Notes: generated by a model from the letters alone, not told the origin. A stretch of 64,000 nt of DNA from an uncultured Nitrospiraceae bacterium (GCA_963811165.1 CAWEQH010000008.1:448001-512000); one strand, 5' to 3'. Positions 1-9,595 are shown, numbered from the stretch's first letter. Made by a program: numbers and translations.

Positions 1-873
1 GGCCTCCCTTACCCTGTTGAAAAACAGCCCTGCTTCCACCTTGAGCGCCTCAACGTCGGGGAAGAGCACGGGCGTTTTTGAGAGGAGTCCTTTGTAGATA
101 CCCCTTTGGTCAACCCTGAGGAATTTAGTAAGGATTTTTTCGAGTCCCTTGTCGGAGAGATTGAGTCCGATCTGCTCCGAGACGATGCCGTCGAGTGCGT
201 GCGCCTCGTCGACCACGAGGACCTCTGCCTTCGGAAGGATTTTTTTGTCGTCGGGCATCATCGCGTTTATGGTGAGCAGGGCGTGGTTTGTCACGACGAC
301 CTGTGCCGATTCCCATTTCCGCCTTGCCATAAAGTAATGACAGTCCCTGGAATACGCACATTTGTTCCCCGCGCAGGCGTCGGAATCGGAACATACCTTT
401 TCCCATATAGCGGGCCTCTTATGGTCCGTGCAATCCTCGATGTCTCCTGAATCAGTCTCTGCGGCCCACTCAAGCAGGTCCCCCCGCTCGGTCAGTTCAC
501 CGGCGGTGTCCGGATGAAAGGCATGGAGACGTCTCAGACAGACGTAGTTGCTGCGTCCTTTCGCTACCGCATAGGCGAAACCCTTCAGGCCCGAAAGAAG
601 TTCCAGGTCCTTTGATGCGAGTTGTTCCTGGAGGTTTATCGTCCTCGTTGAAACAACAGCCTTCCGTCCGGAAAGTATTATGGGGACAAGATAGGCAAAG
701 GTCTTGCCTGTTCCGGTGCCTGCCTCGGCGATAAGGGTACCGCCGGCATCCGTGATACGTGCGCAGGCCTCCATCATCCTAAGCTGGGGATGTCTGAGTT
801 CGTACCCGGCCATGGCCCCGGCCACGGCATGTACAAGGAAATTCTCTGATTCTTGTTCCAGTCCCGAAATCAT
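1..873 (-). CDS. dinG: DinG/YoaA-family ATP-dependent helicase (5' part; runs off window start)
   Basis: Manual translation from ATG 873 gives MISGLEQ...LRHPQLRM...LIAEAGTGTGKTFAYLVP...VVSTRTINLQEQL...KGRSNYVC...VVTNHALL...VVDEAHAL: Walker A, Fe-S cysteines and DEAH. Absent from the ORF track because there is no stop in the window. Confidence 0.9.
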   Translation of the reverse strand, partial: MISGLEQESENFLVHAVAGAMAGYELRHPQLRMMEACARITDAGGTLIAEAGTGTGKTFAYLVPIILSGRKAVVSTRTINLQEQLASKDLELLSGLKGFAYAVAKGRSNYVCLRRLHAFHPDTAGELTERGDLLEWAAETDSGDIEDCTDHKRPAIWEKVCSDSDACAGNKCAYSRDCHYFMARRKWESAQVVVTNHALLTINAMMPDDKKILPKAEVLVVDEAHALDGIVSEQIGLNLSDKGLEKILTKFLRVDQRGIYKGLLSKTPVLFPDVEALKVEAGLFFNRVREA

Positions 874-1012
874 TATCGCTATTCTTTCCCCTATATTATA
901 TTTTTTCATCACACATATACTCCAGTTCACTTGCACGGCGGCTGTCTTTTCCCCGCCAAACAGGTACGGAGTCAAGTCGCCGTTATAGGTAATGTGTTAA
1001 AATGAAGACCTT

Positions 1013-2581
1013 ATGAAAAACAAAAAAGGCGTTGTATATCTCGTAGGAGCAGGGCCCGGGGACATCGGACTGCTGACGGTGAAGGGGCTTAAGTGCCTTC
1101 AGAAGGCCGAGGTCGTCATATACGATTTCCATCTGAACGCACAGATCCTAAACTACATAAGCCACGATGCGGAATTCATCTACGCCGGTAAACGCGGCGG
1201 GCACCACACGATGACCCAGGACGAGATAAACGCGGTCCTCGTGGCAAAGGGGAAGGAAGGGAAGGCCGTATGCCGCCTCAAGGGGGGCGACCCCTTTGTC
1301 TTTGGCAGGGGCGGCGAAGAGGCCCAGGTCCTGGCGGCCGAGGGCATCCGGTTCGAGGTCGTCCCCGGCGTCAGTTCTTCTGTGGCCGCACCCGCATATG
1401 CGGGGATCCCCCTTACGCACAGGCTTTATTCTTCGTCGTTTGCGGTCATCCCGGGGTACGAAGATACGACAAAAGGGGAATCCTCCATTGACTGGTCGAA
1501 ACTCGCCACCGGAGTGGGCACTCTCGTTTTTCTCATGGCGGTCAAGAACATCTCGGTGCTTACGCAAAAGCTGATAGAACACGGCCGGGACCCCGATACG
1601 CCTGTTGCCGTGATACGGTGGGGCACGCGGCCGGACCAAAGGACACTTAAGGGCACACTGAAAAATATCGCCGACCTCGTCATAGAAAAGGACATAAGAC
1701 CTCCTGCGGTCATGGTCGTCGGCGAGGTCGTCAACCTGAGGGAGGAACTGAAATGGTACGAATTGAGGCCGATGTTCGGTCACCGGATACTTGTGACAAG
1801 GGAGCATACGGAAGGCTTCGATGAACTGGAGGAACTCGGCGCGGAGGTGCTGCTGTTTTCGACGGTCGAGATAGTCCCCCCTCAGAAATGGGATGAACTG
1901 GACGGCTGCATAGAAAAAATCGGCGCCTATGACTGGGTGATATTTACCAGCGCCAACGGGGTGAAATATTTCTTCCGCAGGCTTTTTGAGAAAGCCGTCG
2001 ATATCAGGGACTTGAAAGGCATGAAGATCTGCGCGATAGGCTCGAAGACCGCCGGGGAGATAAGAAAATTCGGGCTCAGGGTCGACCTTGTTCCCGAGGA
2101 GTTCAGGGCCGAGGGGTTGATAGAGGCCTTTGTAAAAGAAGTAGGGGCGGGGTCACCCCGCCCAAACATATTGAAGGGCATGAAATTTTTATTGCCCCGG
2201 GCAGAGGTCGCGAGGGAGATATTTCCGGAAAAGGTCCGCGAACTGGGCGGCGTAATCGATGTACCTGTAACCTATAGGGCGGTCAAGCCGGAGTATCATG
2301 GCAAAAGGATGAGGCGTTTTCTCAAAGAGGGCAGGGTCACGATAGCCACCTTTACGAGCGCTGCTACCTTCAACAACTTCAGGGAGATTATGGGAGAGGA
2401 CGCCGACGCGCTCCTCAGGAATGTTGCGATAGCGGTCATCGGGCCCGTCACTGCGAAGGCCGTTGAAAAGGCAGGGCTCAAGGTCGCTATCATCCCGGCG
2501 GAGGCGACAGTCGAGGCGATGGTCGAAGAGATAAAGAGATGGGCTGAGGGTGACGCCCCCGCCCTCGGCACCCCCTCTTAA
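1013..2581 (+). CDS. cobA: Uroporphyrinogen-III C-methyltransferase / uroporphyrinogen-III synthase fusion (CobA-HemD)
   Basis: VYLVGAGPGD, RLKGGDPFVFGRGGEE, VVPGVSS in the N-terminal part; ILVTR, FTSANGV, FTSAATF HemD motifs in the C-terminal part. Confidence 0.95.
   Translation: MKNKKGVVYLVGAGPGDIGLLTVKGLKCLQKAEVVIYDFHLNAQILNYISHDAEFIYAGKRGGHHTMTQDEINAVLVAKGKEGKAVCRLKGGDPFVFGRGGEEAQVLAAEGIRFEVVPGVSSSVAAPAYAGIPLTHRLYSSSFAVIPGYEDTTKGESSIDWSKLATGVGTLVFLMAVKNISVLTQKLIEHGRDPDTPVAVIRWGTRPDQRTLKGTLKNIADLVIEKDIRPPAVMVVGEVVNLREELKWYELRPMFGHRILVTREHTEGFDELEELGAEVLLFSTVEIVPPQKWDELDGCIEKIGAYDWVIFTSANGVKYFFRRLFEKAVDIRDLKGMKICAIGSKTAGEIRKFGLRVDLVPEEFRAEGLIEAFVKEVGAGSPRPNILKGMKFLLPRAEVAREIFPEKVRELGGVIDVPVTYRAVKPEYHGKRMRRFLKEGRVTIATFTSAATFNNFREIMGEDADALLRNVAIAVIGPVTAKAVEKAGLKVAIIPAEATVEAMVEEIKRWAEGDAPALGTPS
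2141..2163 (+). repeat. GTAG-type REP inside the hemD domain
   Basis: GTAG-GGGCGGGG-TCA-CCCCGCCC, perfect 8-bp stem; translated as VGAGSPRP. Confidence 0.75.
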
Positions 2582-2609
2582 GGTAGGAGGGGGAAGGGGG
2601 AGTCATGAT
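2571..2609 (+). repeat. CCCCCTCTTAA-type palindromic dispersed repeat (copy 1)
   Basis: CCCCCTCTTAAGGTAGGAGGGGGAAGGGGGAGTCATGAT; close homolog inverted at 8121-8162. Confidence 0.7.
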
Positions 2610-2614
2610 CGTCG

Positions 2615-3397
2615 ATGATTGCAGATAAAGATGCATACGTGACGGACCCCGGCAGGCCGCGGTCCTTGTTTTCGAGGATTTTTCTCAGTCCGAAATGGAC
2701 GTTTTATCCGCAATTCTTCCTGATCATCTGGGCCAACGGCAGGAGGGCCAAAAAAGGCCTCTACGGAGGCAGAGAGTGGGCCGAGAGCAGTTTGGATGTG
2801 ATGCGCGCCCTTGAGAATGTGGGCGTATGTATCGAGATCACCGGCATGGACAAAATAAAGGGAGTCGAGGGGCCGGCAGTCTTTATCGGAAACCACATGA
2901 GCACACTCGAGACGATGGTGCTGCCCTGCATCATCCAGCCTCTTAAAGAAGCCACCTTCATCGTGAAGAAGGACCTTCTGACGATGCCTGTCTTCGGGCC
3001 CGTGATGCGGTCGCGCGACCCCGTTGTCGTGGGCCGTGTGAACCCCAGGGAAGACCTCAAGACGGTCCTTGAAGAAGGGGTAAAGAAACTCAGGGCCGGC
3101 AGGTCCATTGTAGTATTCCCGCAGAGCACACGGTCCGTGGTCTTTGACCCGGAGGAATTCAACAGCATCGGGATCAAGCTGGCATCGAGAGCCGGTGTGC
3201 CCGTCGTACCGGTGGCGCTGAAGACGGACGCATGGGGTATAGGGAAACACGTAAAGGAGTTCGGGCCTGTGGATACCGGGAAAAAAGTCCATTTTGCCTT
3301 CGGGGAGCCGATGACAGTGACGGGCCGGGGGGCCGAAGAACACCAGACGGTAATCAGGTTTATACAGGAAAGACTCGAGGCGTGGAGCAGGGAGTAA
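2615..3397 (+). CDS. plsC: 1-acyl-sn-glycerol-3-phosphate (lysophospholipid) acyltransferase
   Basis: NHMSTLE (HX4D/E), IVVFPQSTRS, VPVVPVAL motifs. Confidence 0.85.
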   Translation: MIADKDAYVTDPGRPRSLFSRIFLSPKWTFYPQFFLIIWANGRRAKKGLYGGREWAESSLDVMRALENVGVCIEITGMDKIKGVEGPAVFIGNHMSTLETMVLPCIIQPLKEATFIVKKDLLTMPVFGPVMRSRDPVVVGRVNPREDLKTVLEEGVKKLRAGRSIVVFPQSTRSVVFDPEEFNSIGIKLASRAGVPVVPVALKTDAWGIGKHVKEFGPVDTGKKVHFAFGEPMTVTGRGAEEHQTVIRFIQERLEAWSRE

Positions 3398-3439
3398 AAA
3401 TCAAAAGTGAATGGTGAACAGAAAAAAGCAGAGGATGCA

Positions 3440-3688
3440 ATGGACATCAGAAACGAAGACATTAAAGAGGTCCTGGTGGAGATACCAGGGGGACACCGAC
3501 ACGTAAGGACGAGGGTGTCCCTTAGCGACGGCACCGAATTGGTGTTTCAGGAGGCAGCTATGGCCAACATCGTGCGCGCTTTCATTACGGTGAAAACGCA
3601 TCCTGAGAAGACCTCGGTCAGACTGAGGGGAATGAAGACCGGCCGGAGAAAACCCGGCTACGCCGAGTGGCAATTGATAGAAGAGTAG
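3440..3688 (+). CDS. Small hypothetical protein
   Basis: ORF with GAGGA SD before ATG 3440; protein-like composition; co-oriented with the operon. Confidence 0.7.
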   Translation: MDIRNEDIKEVLVEIPGGHRHVRTRVSLSDGTELVFQEAAMANIVRAFITVKTHPEKTSVRLRGMKTGRRKPGYAEWQLIEE

Positions 3689-3708
3689 GGGCAAGATTCA
3701 TCACGCCC
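3685..3708 (+). repeat. Degenerate GTAG-type REP overlapping a stop codon
   Basis: GTAGGGGCAAGATTCATCACGCCC; its TAG is the stop of the upstream ORF. Confidence 0.55.
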
Positions 3709-3820
3709 TGAATCTGTCTTTACACGAAAATCGGAGGAATTGCGGCATGGCTTCTGTTGGTAGTGTCCCTGGATGCCCTTCTGTTTCCCTTATCCCGCGC
3801 GGCGTGGTAAATTAAGTGTC

Positions 3821-4168
3821 ATGGCTCAGAAGATACTTGTGGTCGATGACGAGGACCTTATCCTTGCCTCGGTGGAGAGGGCGCTTGCAAAAGTCGGATA
3901 TTCCATCTCCTGTGCACGGGACATGAAAGAACTCGATGGGGCGATCGCAAAAGGACCTTTCGACCTGCTTATCACCGATGTCTTTATACGGGAAGGCGGC
4001 TCCCCGGGAGAGGTAATCGAAAAGGTAAAGGAGACGTCTCCTTCGGTAAGGGTCCTCAAGATGAGCGGCTCGGGAGAACGCGATATGGCCGATGACTTTA
4101 TCGAGAAGCCGTTCAGCCTAGAGGCGCTCAGGAAAAAGGTAAAAGAAATATTACATGGGCCTTCCTGA
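3821..4168 (+). CDS. Single-domain response regulator receiver
   Basis: KILVVDDE, DLLITD (phospho-Asp), MSG, FIEKPF. Confidence 0.9.
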   Translation: MAQKILVVDDEDLILASVERALAKVGYSISCARDMKELDGAIAKGPFDLLITDVFIREGGSPGEVIEKVKETSPSVRVLKMSGSGERDMADDFIEKPFSLEALRKKVKEILHGPS

Positions 4169-6251
4169 AATAGACACTTCCCTATTCTTCCTTATAAATA
4201 AAAATCTTCGAAGCGGCCTTCTCGATGTGGCGATGCCCTTCCTCTCGAACAATTCGAAGATCATCTTCCTGCCCCTTATTCTCTGGGTCGTTGTAAAGGA
4301 GCGGTCGAAGGCATGGTCATACATCGTGATGTCGCTTGTTGCGGTCGCCTTCGCAGACGCAGGGGGAGGGGTCTTAAAGAACCTGATCGCAAGGACAAGA
4401 CCATGTAACGCCCTCGAAGGCGTCAACCTCCTTGTGGGCTGCGGAAAGTCCTTCTCGCTGCCCTCAAACCATTCATCCAACGCCTTCGCCTTTGCGATGG
4501 CCTTCTGGTTTTTGCGCAGGGATGCCGCTACCTACTTCTTTGTTGTAGTTGCCGCCGCAATCGCGTTTTCGAGGGTATACGTGGGAGTGCACTATCCTTT
4601 TGATGTGGTCGCCGGCGCAGTGCTCGGCACGGGATGCGGATATGGGGCGATCAGGCTGTTTAAGTGGGCATCGGATATCTACAGGCGGAGGGATTACGGG
4701 CAGGCGCTCTTTCTTATGGTCATGGCCTTCAGCCTCTTCCGTATGTATTATATCCTCAGCAGTCCGTTGGACCTTAGCGCCGACGAGGCGCATTACTGGG
4801 AATGGGCGAGGCGGCCTGACTGGAGTTATTATTCCAAAGGGCCGATGATCGCATACCTGATCTATGCGGGAACAGCGCTCTTCGGCAATACTGTCTTCGG
4901 CGTAAGGATATTGGCAGTGGTCCTTTCGGCACTGAGCAGCGTACTGCTTTACCGGTTAGGGAAGAGGCTCTACGACGAGAGAGTGGGGCTGGTGGCGGCA
5001 CTGCTTGTTCAGGTTGTCCCCCTCTACTCGGTATACGGCGTCATCCTGACGATAGACTCCCCCTTCATCTTTTTCTGGATACTTTCGCTCTTCCTATTTT
5101 GGAAGGCGATCGAAAATAAGGGGAACCCACTCACCCTGACCCTCTCCCCCATGGGGCGAGAGGACTCATTTAATTCCCCTCCCTCGAGGGGAGGGGATGA
5201 AGAGGAGGGTGGCGGCATCGGCAACTGGATCTTGCTCGGCATTGCGGTCGGCCTCGGACTTATGACGAAATATACCATGGCCTTTTTTTATCTCTGCGGT
5301 CTCCTCTTCTTTGTCTTTCATAAAGATTCCCGGGGGTTCCTCTTTAAAAAGGGTCCGTATATTGCATTTCTTATAAGCCTTGCTGTTTTCAGTCCGGTGA
5401 TCTTCTGGAACGCCGGCCATGGCTGGGTCGCGCTTAAGCATACCGCCGGACAGGCCCACCTTGCAGACGGCCTTACGATCTCGGCCAGGGATTTTTTCGA
5501 GTTCCTGGGCTCACAGGTCGGCGTGATCACTCCTCTTCTTTTTGTGCTTATGTGTGTCGCACTCTGGAGAATGCGTAAAGACAGGGCCGGTGCCTTTACG
5601 TTTTGGTTTTCGCTGCCGGTGGTCCTTTTCTTCATCCTTAAGAGTATCCAGGGGAAGGTCCAGGCGAACTGGGCGTTGCCGGGGTACGCCGCCGGGTTCA
5701 TCGCATTCGCCGCATACTACACCCGGGATTCGATATCTTCGAAAAAACGCTCCAACATCCTTTGGGCGGCTGCAATACTTATGGCCTTTGCCCTGACGGC
5801 CTTTGCACATTTCCCCTCGGTCCTTCATCTGCCCCGGAAAATGGACCCGACCATTAGACTTGTGGGCTGGAAGGAACTCGGTCATGAGGCGACGAGGATT
5901 TATGATGAGCTCGCCTCCGAGGGGCCTGCGTTCGTATTTTCCGACAGTTACCAGCTTGCCAGCGAACTTGCCTTTTATATGAAAGGCAATCCGAGGACCT
6001 ACTGCGTAAATCTCGGCAGGCGCATGGACCAGTACGACCTCTGGCCGGGCTTCGAAAATTATATAGGCTATAATGCGGTCCTCGTGATGTATGATGAACA
6101 GGAATTCCCCGCCCAGCTCGCCGGCAGCTTCGGCAGGACCGAAAAAGTCCCGGTAACCGTAACGGTCAGGGGCGACAAGGTAATGAAATTTACGGTGTTT
6201 AAGTGTTATGATTTCAAGGGAATTAAATCCAGGCCTCCGGAGACTTTTTAA
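4155..6251 (+). CDS. PAP2 phosphatase fused to a GT39/ArnT-PMT-like polyprenyl-phosphate-dependent glycosyltransferase
   Basis: KNLIARTRP, PSNH, SRVYVGVHYPFDV (PAP2); DEAHYWEWA..YYSKGP, GLMTKYT and many TM helices (GT-C fold). Confidence 0.85.
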   Translation: MGLPEIDTSLFFLINKNLRSGLLDVAMPFLSNNSKIIFLPLILWVVVKERSKAWSYIVMSLVAVAFADAGGGVLKNLIARTRPCNALEGVNLLVGCGKSFSLPSNHSSNAFAFAMAFWFLRRDAATYFFVVVAAAIAFSRVYVGVHYPFDVVAGAVLGTGCGYGAIRLFKWASDIYRRRDYGQALFLMVMAFSLFRMYYILSSPLDLSADEAHYWEWARRPDWSYYSKGPMIAYLIYAGTALFGNTVFGVRILAVVLSALSSVLLYRLGKRLYDERVGLVAALLVQVVPLYSVYGVILTIDSPFIFFWILSLFLFWKAIENKGNPLTLTLSPMGREDSFNSPPSRGGDEEEGGGIGNWILLGIAVGLGLMTKYTMAFFYLCGLLFFVFHKDSRGFLFKKGPYIAFLISLAVFSPVIFWNAGHGWVALKHTAGQAHLADGLTISARDFFEFLGSQVGVITPLLFVLMCVALWRMRKDRAGAFTFWFSLPVVLFFILKSIQGKVQANWALPGYAAGFIAFAAYYTRDSISSKKRSNILWAAAILMAFALTAFAHFPSVLHLPRKMDPTIRLVGWKELGHEATRIYDELASEGPAFVFSDSYQLASELAFYMKGNPRTYCVNLGRRMDQYDLWPGFENYIGYNAVLVMYDEQEFPAQLAGSFGRTEKVPVTVTVRGDKVMKFTVFKCYDFKGIKSRPPETF
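5124..5212 (+). repeat. C/G-rich double-hairpin element in frame within the GT39 gene
   Basis: CCCACTCACCCTGACCCTCTCCCCCATGGGGCGAGAGG...CCCCTCCCTCGAGGGGAGGGG...GAGGGTG; encodes NPLTLTLSPMGREDSFNSPPSRGGDEEEG. Confidence 0.7.
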
Positions 6252-7198
6252 TGATGATATCTGTGGTAATACCTCTTTTTAACGAAGAAGAGAACGTCCC
6301 TGAACTCCACCAGAGGGTGAAGTCGGTGATGGAATCTCTCGGGGAGAAATACGAAGTCATATACGTTGACGACGGGAGCACGGATTCGACCCTTCCCCGG
6401 CTTGAGCAGATCAGGGCACAGGACGGAAATGTGGTCGTCATCAGCTTCAGGAGGAACTTCGGGCAGACCGCCGCGTTTGCCGCCGGGTTCGACTACGCGC
6501 GTGGGGAGGTGGTCGTCACCCTTGACGGCGACCTTCAAAACGATCCGGGCGACATCCCCCGACTTCTGGAGGCGATCAAAGACAACGATATCGTAAGCGG
6601 TTGGAGGAAGGAGAGGAAAGACCCGTTTCTTTCGAGGAGGCTCCCTTCGATCCTTGCCAACCGGCTCATTAGCTGGGTGACGGGAGTGAAACTCCATGAC
6701 TACGGATGCTCTTTAAAGGCATATCGAAGCGAGGTGATCAAGAACATGAACCTCTACGGAGAGATGCACAGGTTCATCCCCGCGATCGCAAACTGGTACG
6801 GCGTAAAGATCGCAGAGGTCGGGACTACACATCATCCGAGGCTGAGGGGAAAATCGAAGTACGGGATTTCGCGGACCGTAAAGGTGTTTCTGGACCTGAT
6901 CACGGTGAAGTTCCTGCAGAGCTTTTCGACGAAACCGATTCAGTTCTTCGGTCCGGTGGGGCTGGCCAGCGGGGCGGCCGGCTTCCTCATCTCGCTCTAC
7001 CTGAGTGTCGGAAAGATATTTTTCGGCAGGGACATCGGCGGCAGGCCGCTTCTGCTTTTGGGCGTGCTCCTGATCATCGTTGGTATCCAGTTCATCGGGA
7101 TGGGGCTTTTGGGGGAGATGATGGTAAGGGTATACCACGAGTCCCAGAAGAAGCCGATATACGTGATAAAAAAGATCAGCGGCCATGAAGATAAATAG
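6251..7198 (+). CDS. GT2 polyprenyl-phosphate glycosyltransferase (ArnC/DPM1-like)
   Basis: SVVIPLFNE, VDDGSTD, NFGQTAA, DGDLQNDP and two C-terminal TM helices. Confidence 0.92.
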   Translation: MMISVVIPLFNEEENVPELHQRVKSVMESLGEKYEVIYVDDGSTDSTLPRLEQIRAQDGNVVVISFRRNFGQTAAFAAGFDYARGEVVVTLDGDLQNDPGDIPRLLEAIKDNDIVSGWRKERKDPFLSRRLPSILANRLISWVTGVKLHDYGCSLKAYRSEVIKNMNLYGEMHRFIPAIANWYGVKIAEVGTTHHPRLRGKSKYGISRTVKVFLDLITVKFLQSFSTKPIQFFGPVGLASGAAGFLISLYLSVGKIFFGRDIGGRPLLLLGVLLIIVGIQFIGMGLLGEMMVRVYHESQKKPIYVIKKISGHEDK

Positions 7199-8093
7199 GG
7201 CCGCGTTTTTCGCCTTTAAATTATTAGTCAGCGCCCTCTCTCTCTATGTCGTTTTTTTAAAGGCCGACCTGAACCAGATAATTGCGATGTTACGGAAGAT
7301 AGGTCTTGTGCCGTTCCTGTTCGCCGCCCTTCTTTACATAGTGGGCATATGCGGCGCGACATTGAGGTGGAAGCTTCTTCTTCCGGAGAGGTTTACGTTC
7401 CGAAGGCTCTTTTCGCTCTACATGATAGGCTCTTTCTTCAGTACGTTTCTGCCCGGGGTGATCGGCGGCGACGTGGTGAAGGCCTATTATCTGAACAAGG
7501 ACGCAAAAAAATTGAGTCTCACGCTCGCCTCTGTTTTTATGGACAGGTATCTGGGATATGTGGCCCTTATGACCATAGGTATGACCGCGTATCCTTTTTC
7601 GCTGCGGTTCTTCGGAGCGTCTGTATACAAATGGATCATGCCGTCGATATGCGCTGCCTTTGTGATCGGGAGTGTCCTTTTTTTCAGACTCAGGCTCGGC
7701 AAGAGGTTCAAGACGGTATCTGAGTTTTATGATTACTTTATCATGATGAAGTCAAGAAAAGGCGTCATTGCGAAGGCTATCGTGATATCGCTGGGCATAC
7801 AGGTTATGGGCCTTCTGGCGGTCGCCGTGCTCGCGTCGGCCATGGGGGAAAAGATCCCGCTCCTTCTGCTGTTCGTTTTTCTGCCCATTATCGTCACGAT
7901 CACTACCATCCCCATCTCTATAGCGGGTCTGGGGGTGAGGGAAGGCGCATTTGTACTGCTTCTGGGCCTTATCGGGATCAAACCCGCAGTTGCTACTTCG
8001 CTTTCCCTGTCGTGGTTTTTTTCGAGCTTTGCAGGCAGCATCCCGGGGCTGTTCGCATATATAAGACATACCGGCAGTCTGGGCAAGGAATGA
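7185..8093 (+). CDS. Lysylphosphatidylglycerol-synthase-TM / UPF0104 flippase-like membrane protein
   Basis: RWKLLL, FLPGVIGGD, DRYLG, PISIAGLGVRE. Confidence 0.85.
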   Translation: MKINRAAFFAFKLLVSALSLYVVFLKADLNQIIAMLRKIGLVPFLFAALLYIVGICGATLRWKLLLPERFTFRRLFSLYMIGSFFSTFLPGVIGGDVVKAYYLNKDAKKLSLTLASVFMDRYLGYVALMTIGMTAYPFSLRFFGASVYKWIMPSICAAFVIGSVLFFRLRLGKRFKTVSEFYDYFIMMKSRKGVIAKAIVISLGIQVMGLLAVAVLASAMGEKIPLLLLFVFLPIIVTITTIPISIAGLGVREGAFVLLLGLIGIKPAVATSLSLSWFFSSFAGSIPGLFAYIRHTGSLGKE

Positions 8094-8120
8094 TATGTCA
8101 ATGGAATGCTCTCATACGGA

Positions 8121-8162
8121 AATCATAACTCCCCTTTTACCCCCTCTTATCTTAAGAGGGGG
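8121..8162 (-). repeat. CCCCCTCTTAA-type palindromic dispersed repeat (copy 2)
   Basis: Reverse complement CCCCCTCTTAAGATAAGAGGGGGTAAAAGGGGAGTTATGATT resembles 2571-2609. Confidence 0.7.
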
Positions 8163-8209
8163 AGAGGTGCCATGCCTGCGGGCAGGGAGCCTGGGGGCGT
8201 TACTTACTA

Positions 8210-9568
8210 ATGGACAATAAGCACCCCGAAGACTCCGACAAGAAATATATCTGGCATCCCTTTACCCAGATGAAGGAATGGGCGGATGAAAAACAGGTCA
8301 TCATCGCAGAGGGAAAGGGCTGTCATCTCATCGACATAGAAGGCAGGATGTACCTGGACGGCGTTTCTTCGCTTTGGGTGAACATCCACGGCCATAGGAA
8401 AAAAGAGATCGATGAGGCGATCAAGGGCCAGATAGACAAGATATCTCATTCGACACTCCTGGGGCTTAGCAATCTGCCGGCAATAGAACTGGCGGAAAGG
8501 CTGGCCGGGATCATCGGCAGGGGCATGGCATGCCATGCCCCTGCAAAGGTCTTTTATTCGGATAACGGCTCAACGTCCGTTGAGGTCGCCCTCAAGATGG
8601 CGTTTCAGTACTGCAAGCGTAAAGGGTTTACGAAGAAGGAGCGGTTCCTTTCGCTCAATAACGCCTATCACGGAGACACGCTCGGGGCAGTGAGCGTCGG
8701 GGGCGTCGAAATCTTCCATAGCGCCTTCGGCCCCTTGCTGTTTAAGACGTACAGGGCGCCATCGCCATATTGCTACCGCTGCGAACTGGATATGAAATAT
8801 CCCGGCTGCGGCCTCGCCTGCCTTTTGAAGATGGAAGAAATCCTCTCCGCCCATCACGAAGATATTGCCGCCCTGATCATAGAACCGCTTGTCCAGGCGG
8901 CAGGCGGGATGATCGTCTCCCCCGAGGGTTACCTCAAAGGCGCAAGGGAGTTATGTGCGAAGTACGATGTCCTCTTCATTGCCGACGAGGTCGCCACAGG
9001 CTTCGGCCGGACAGGTAAGATGTTTGCGTGCGAACACGAATCCGTGGTCCCCGATATGATCTGTCTTTCTAAGGGCATTACGGGAGGGTACCTTCCCCTG
9101 GCGGTGACGGTCGCCTCGGAAGAGATCTATAATGCGTTCCTCGGGGAATTCAGGGACTTAAAGACCTTCTTCCACGGCCACTCCTATACAGGCAATCCCC
9201 TGGGATGCGCGGCCGCGCTGGCATGCCTTGAGATATTCGATAATGAAAAAACCCTCGAAAAGCTCCGTCCCAAAGTGCAGATCCTCGAAGACTGGCTTAG
9301 GGAGATATCAGGCATGGACCATGTCGGCGATGCAAGGAGCAAAGGTCTGATGGCCGGAGTCGAACTCGTAATGGACAAGGAGACGAAAAGACCTTACCCA
9401 TGGGAGGAAAAGACGGGCTGGCGCATCTGCCACCACGTCAGAGAGAAAGGAATACTCATCAGGCCGCTTGGAAACGTAGTAGTGATCATGCCGCCGCTGA
9501 GCATCTCAGCTGATGACCTCACCTACATGCTCGCAAAGATCAAAGAGGCGATAGCCGAGGTGACATGA
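8210..9568 (+). CDS. bioA: Adenosylmethionine-8-amino-7-oxononanoate aminotransferase
   Basis: IWHPFTQM, DNGSTSVEVALKMA, YHGDT, DEVATGFGRTG, SKGITGGYLPL, HGHSYTGNP. Confidence 0.95.
   Translation: MDNKHPEDSDKKYIWHPFTQMKEWADEKQVIIAEGKGCHLIDIEGRMYLDGVSSLWVNIHGHRKKEIDEAIKGQIDKISHSTLLGLSNLPAIELAERLAGIIGRGMACHAPAKVFYSDNGSTSVEVALKMAFQYCKRKGFTKKERFLSLNNAYHGDTLGAVSVGGVEIFHSAFGPLLFKTYRAPSPYCYRCELDMKYPGCGLACLLKMEEILSAHHEDIAALIIEPLVQAAGGMIVSPEGYLKGARELCAKYDVLFIADEVATGFGRTGKMFACEHESVVPDMICLSKGITGGYLPLAVTVASEEIYNAFLGEFRDLKTFFHGHSYTGNPLGCAAALACLEIFDNEKTLEKLRPKVQILEDWLREISGMDHVGDARSKGLMAGVELVMDKETKRPYPWEEKTGWRICHHVREKGILIRPLGNVVVIMPPLSISADDLTYMLAKIKEAIAEVT
8517..8544. repeat. 28-bp perfect palindromic REP in frame within bioA
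   Basis: GCAGGGGCATGGCATGCCATGCCCCTGC; the same core occurs at 29823-29844. Confidence 0.8.
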
Positions 9569-9595
9569 GAACGCAATCAGCCAATTACCCACCCA

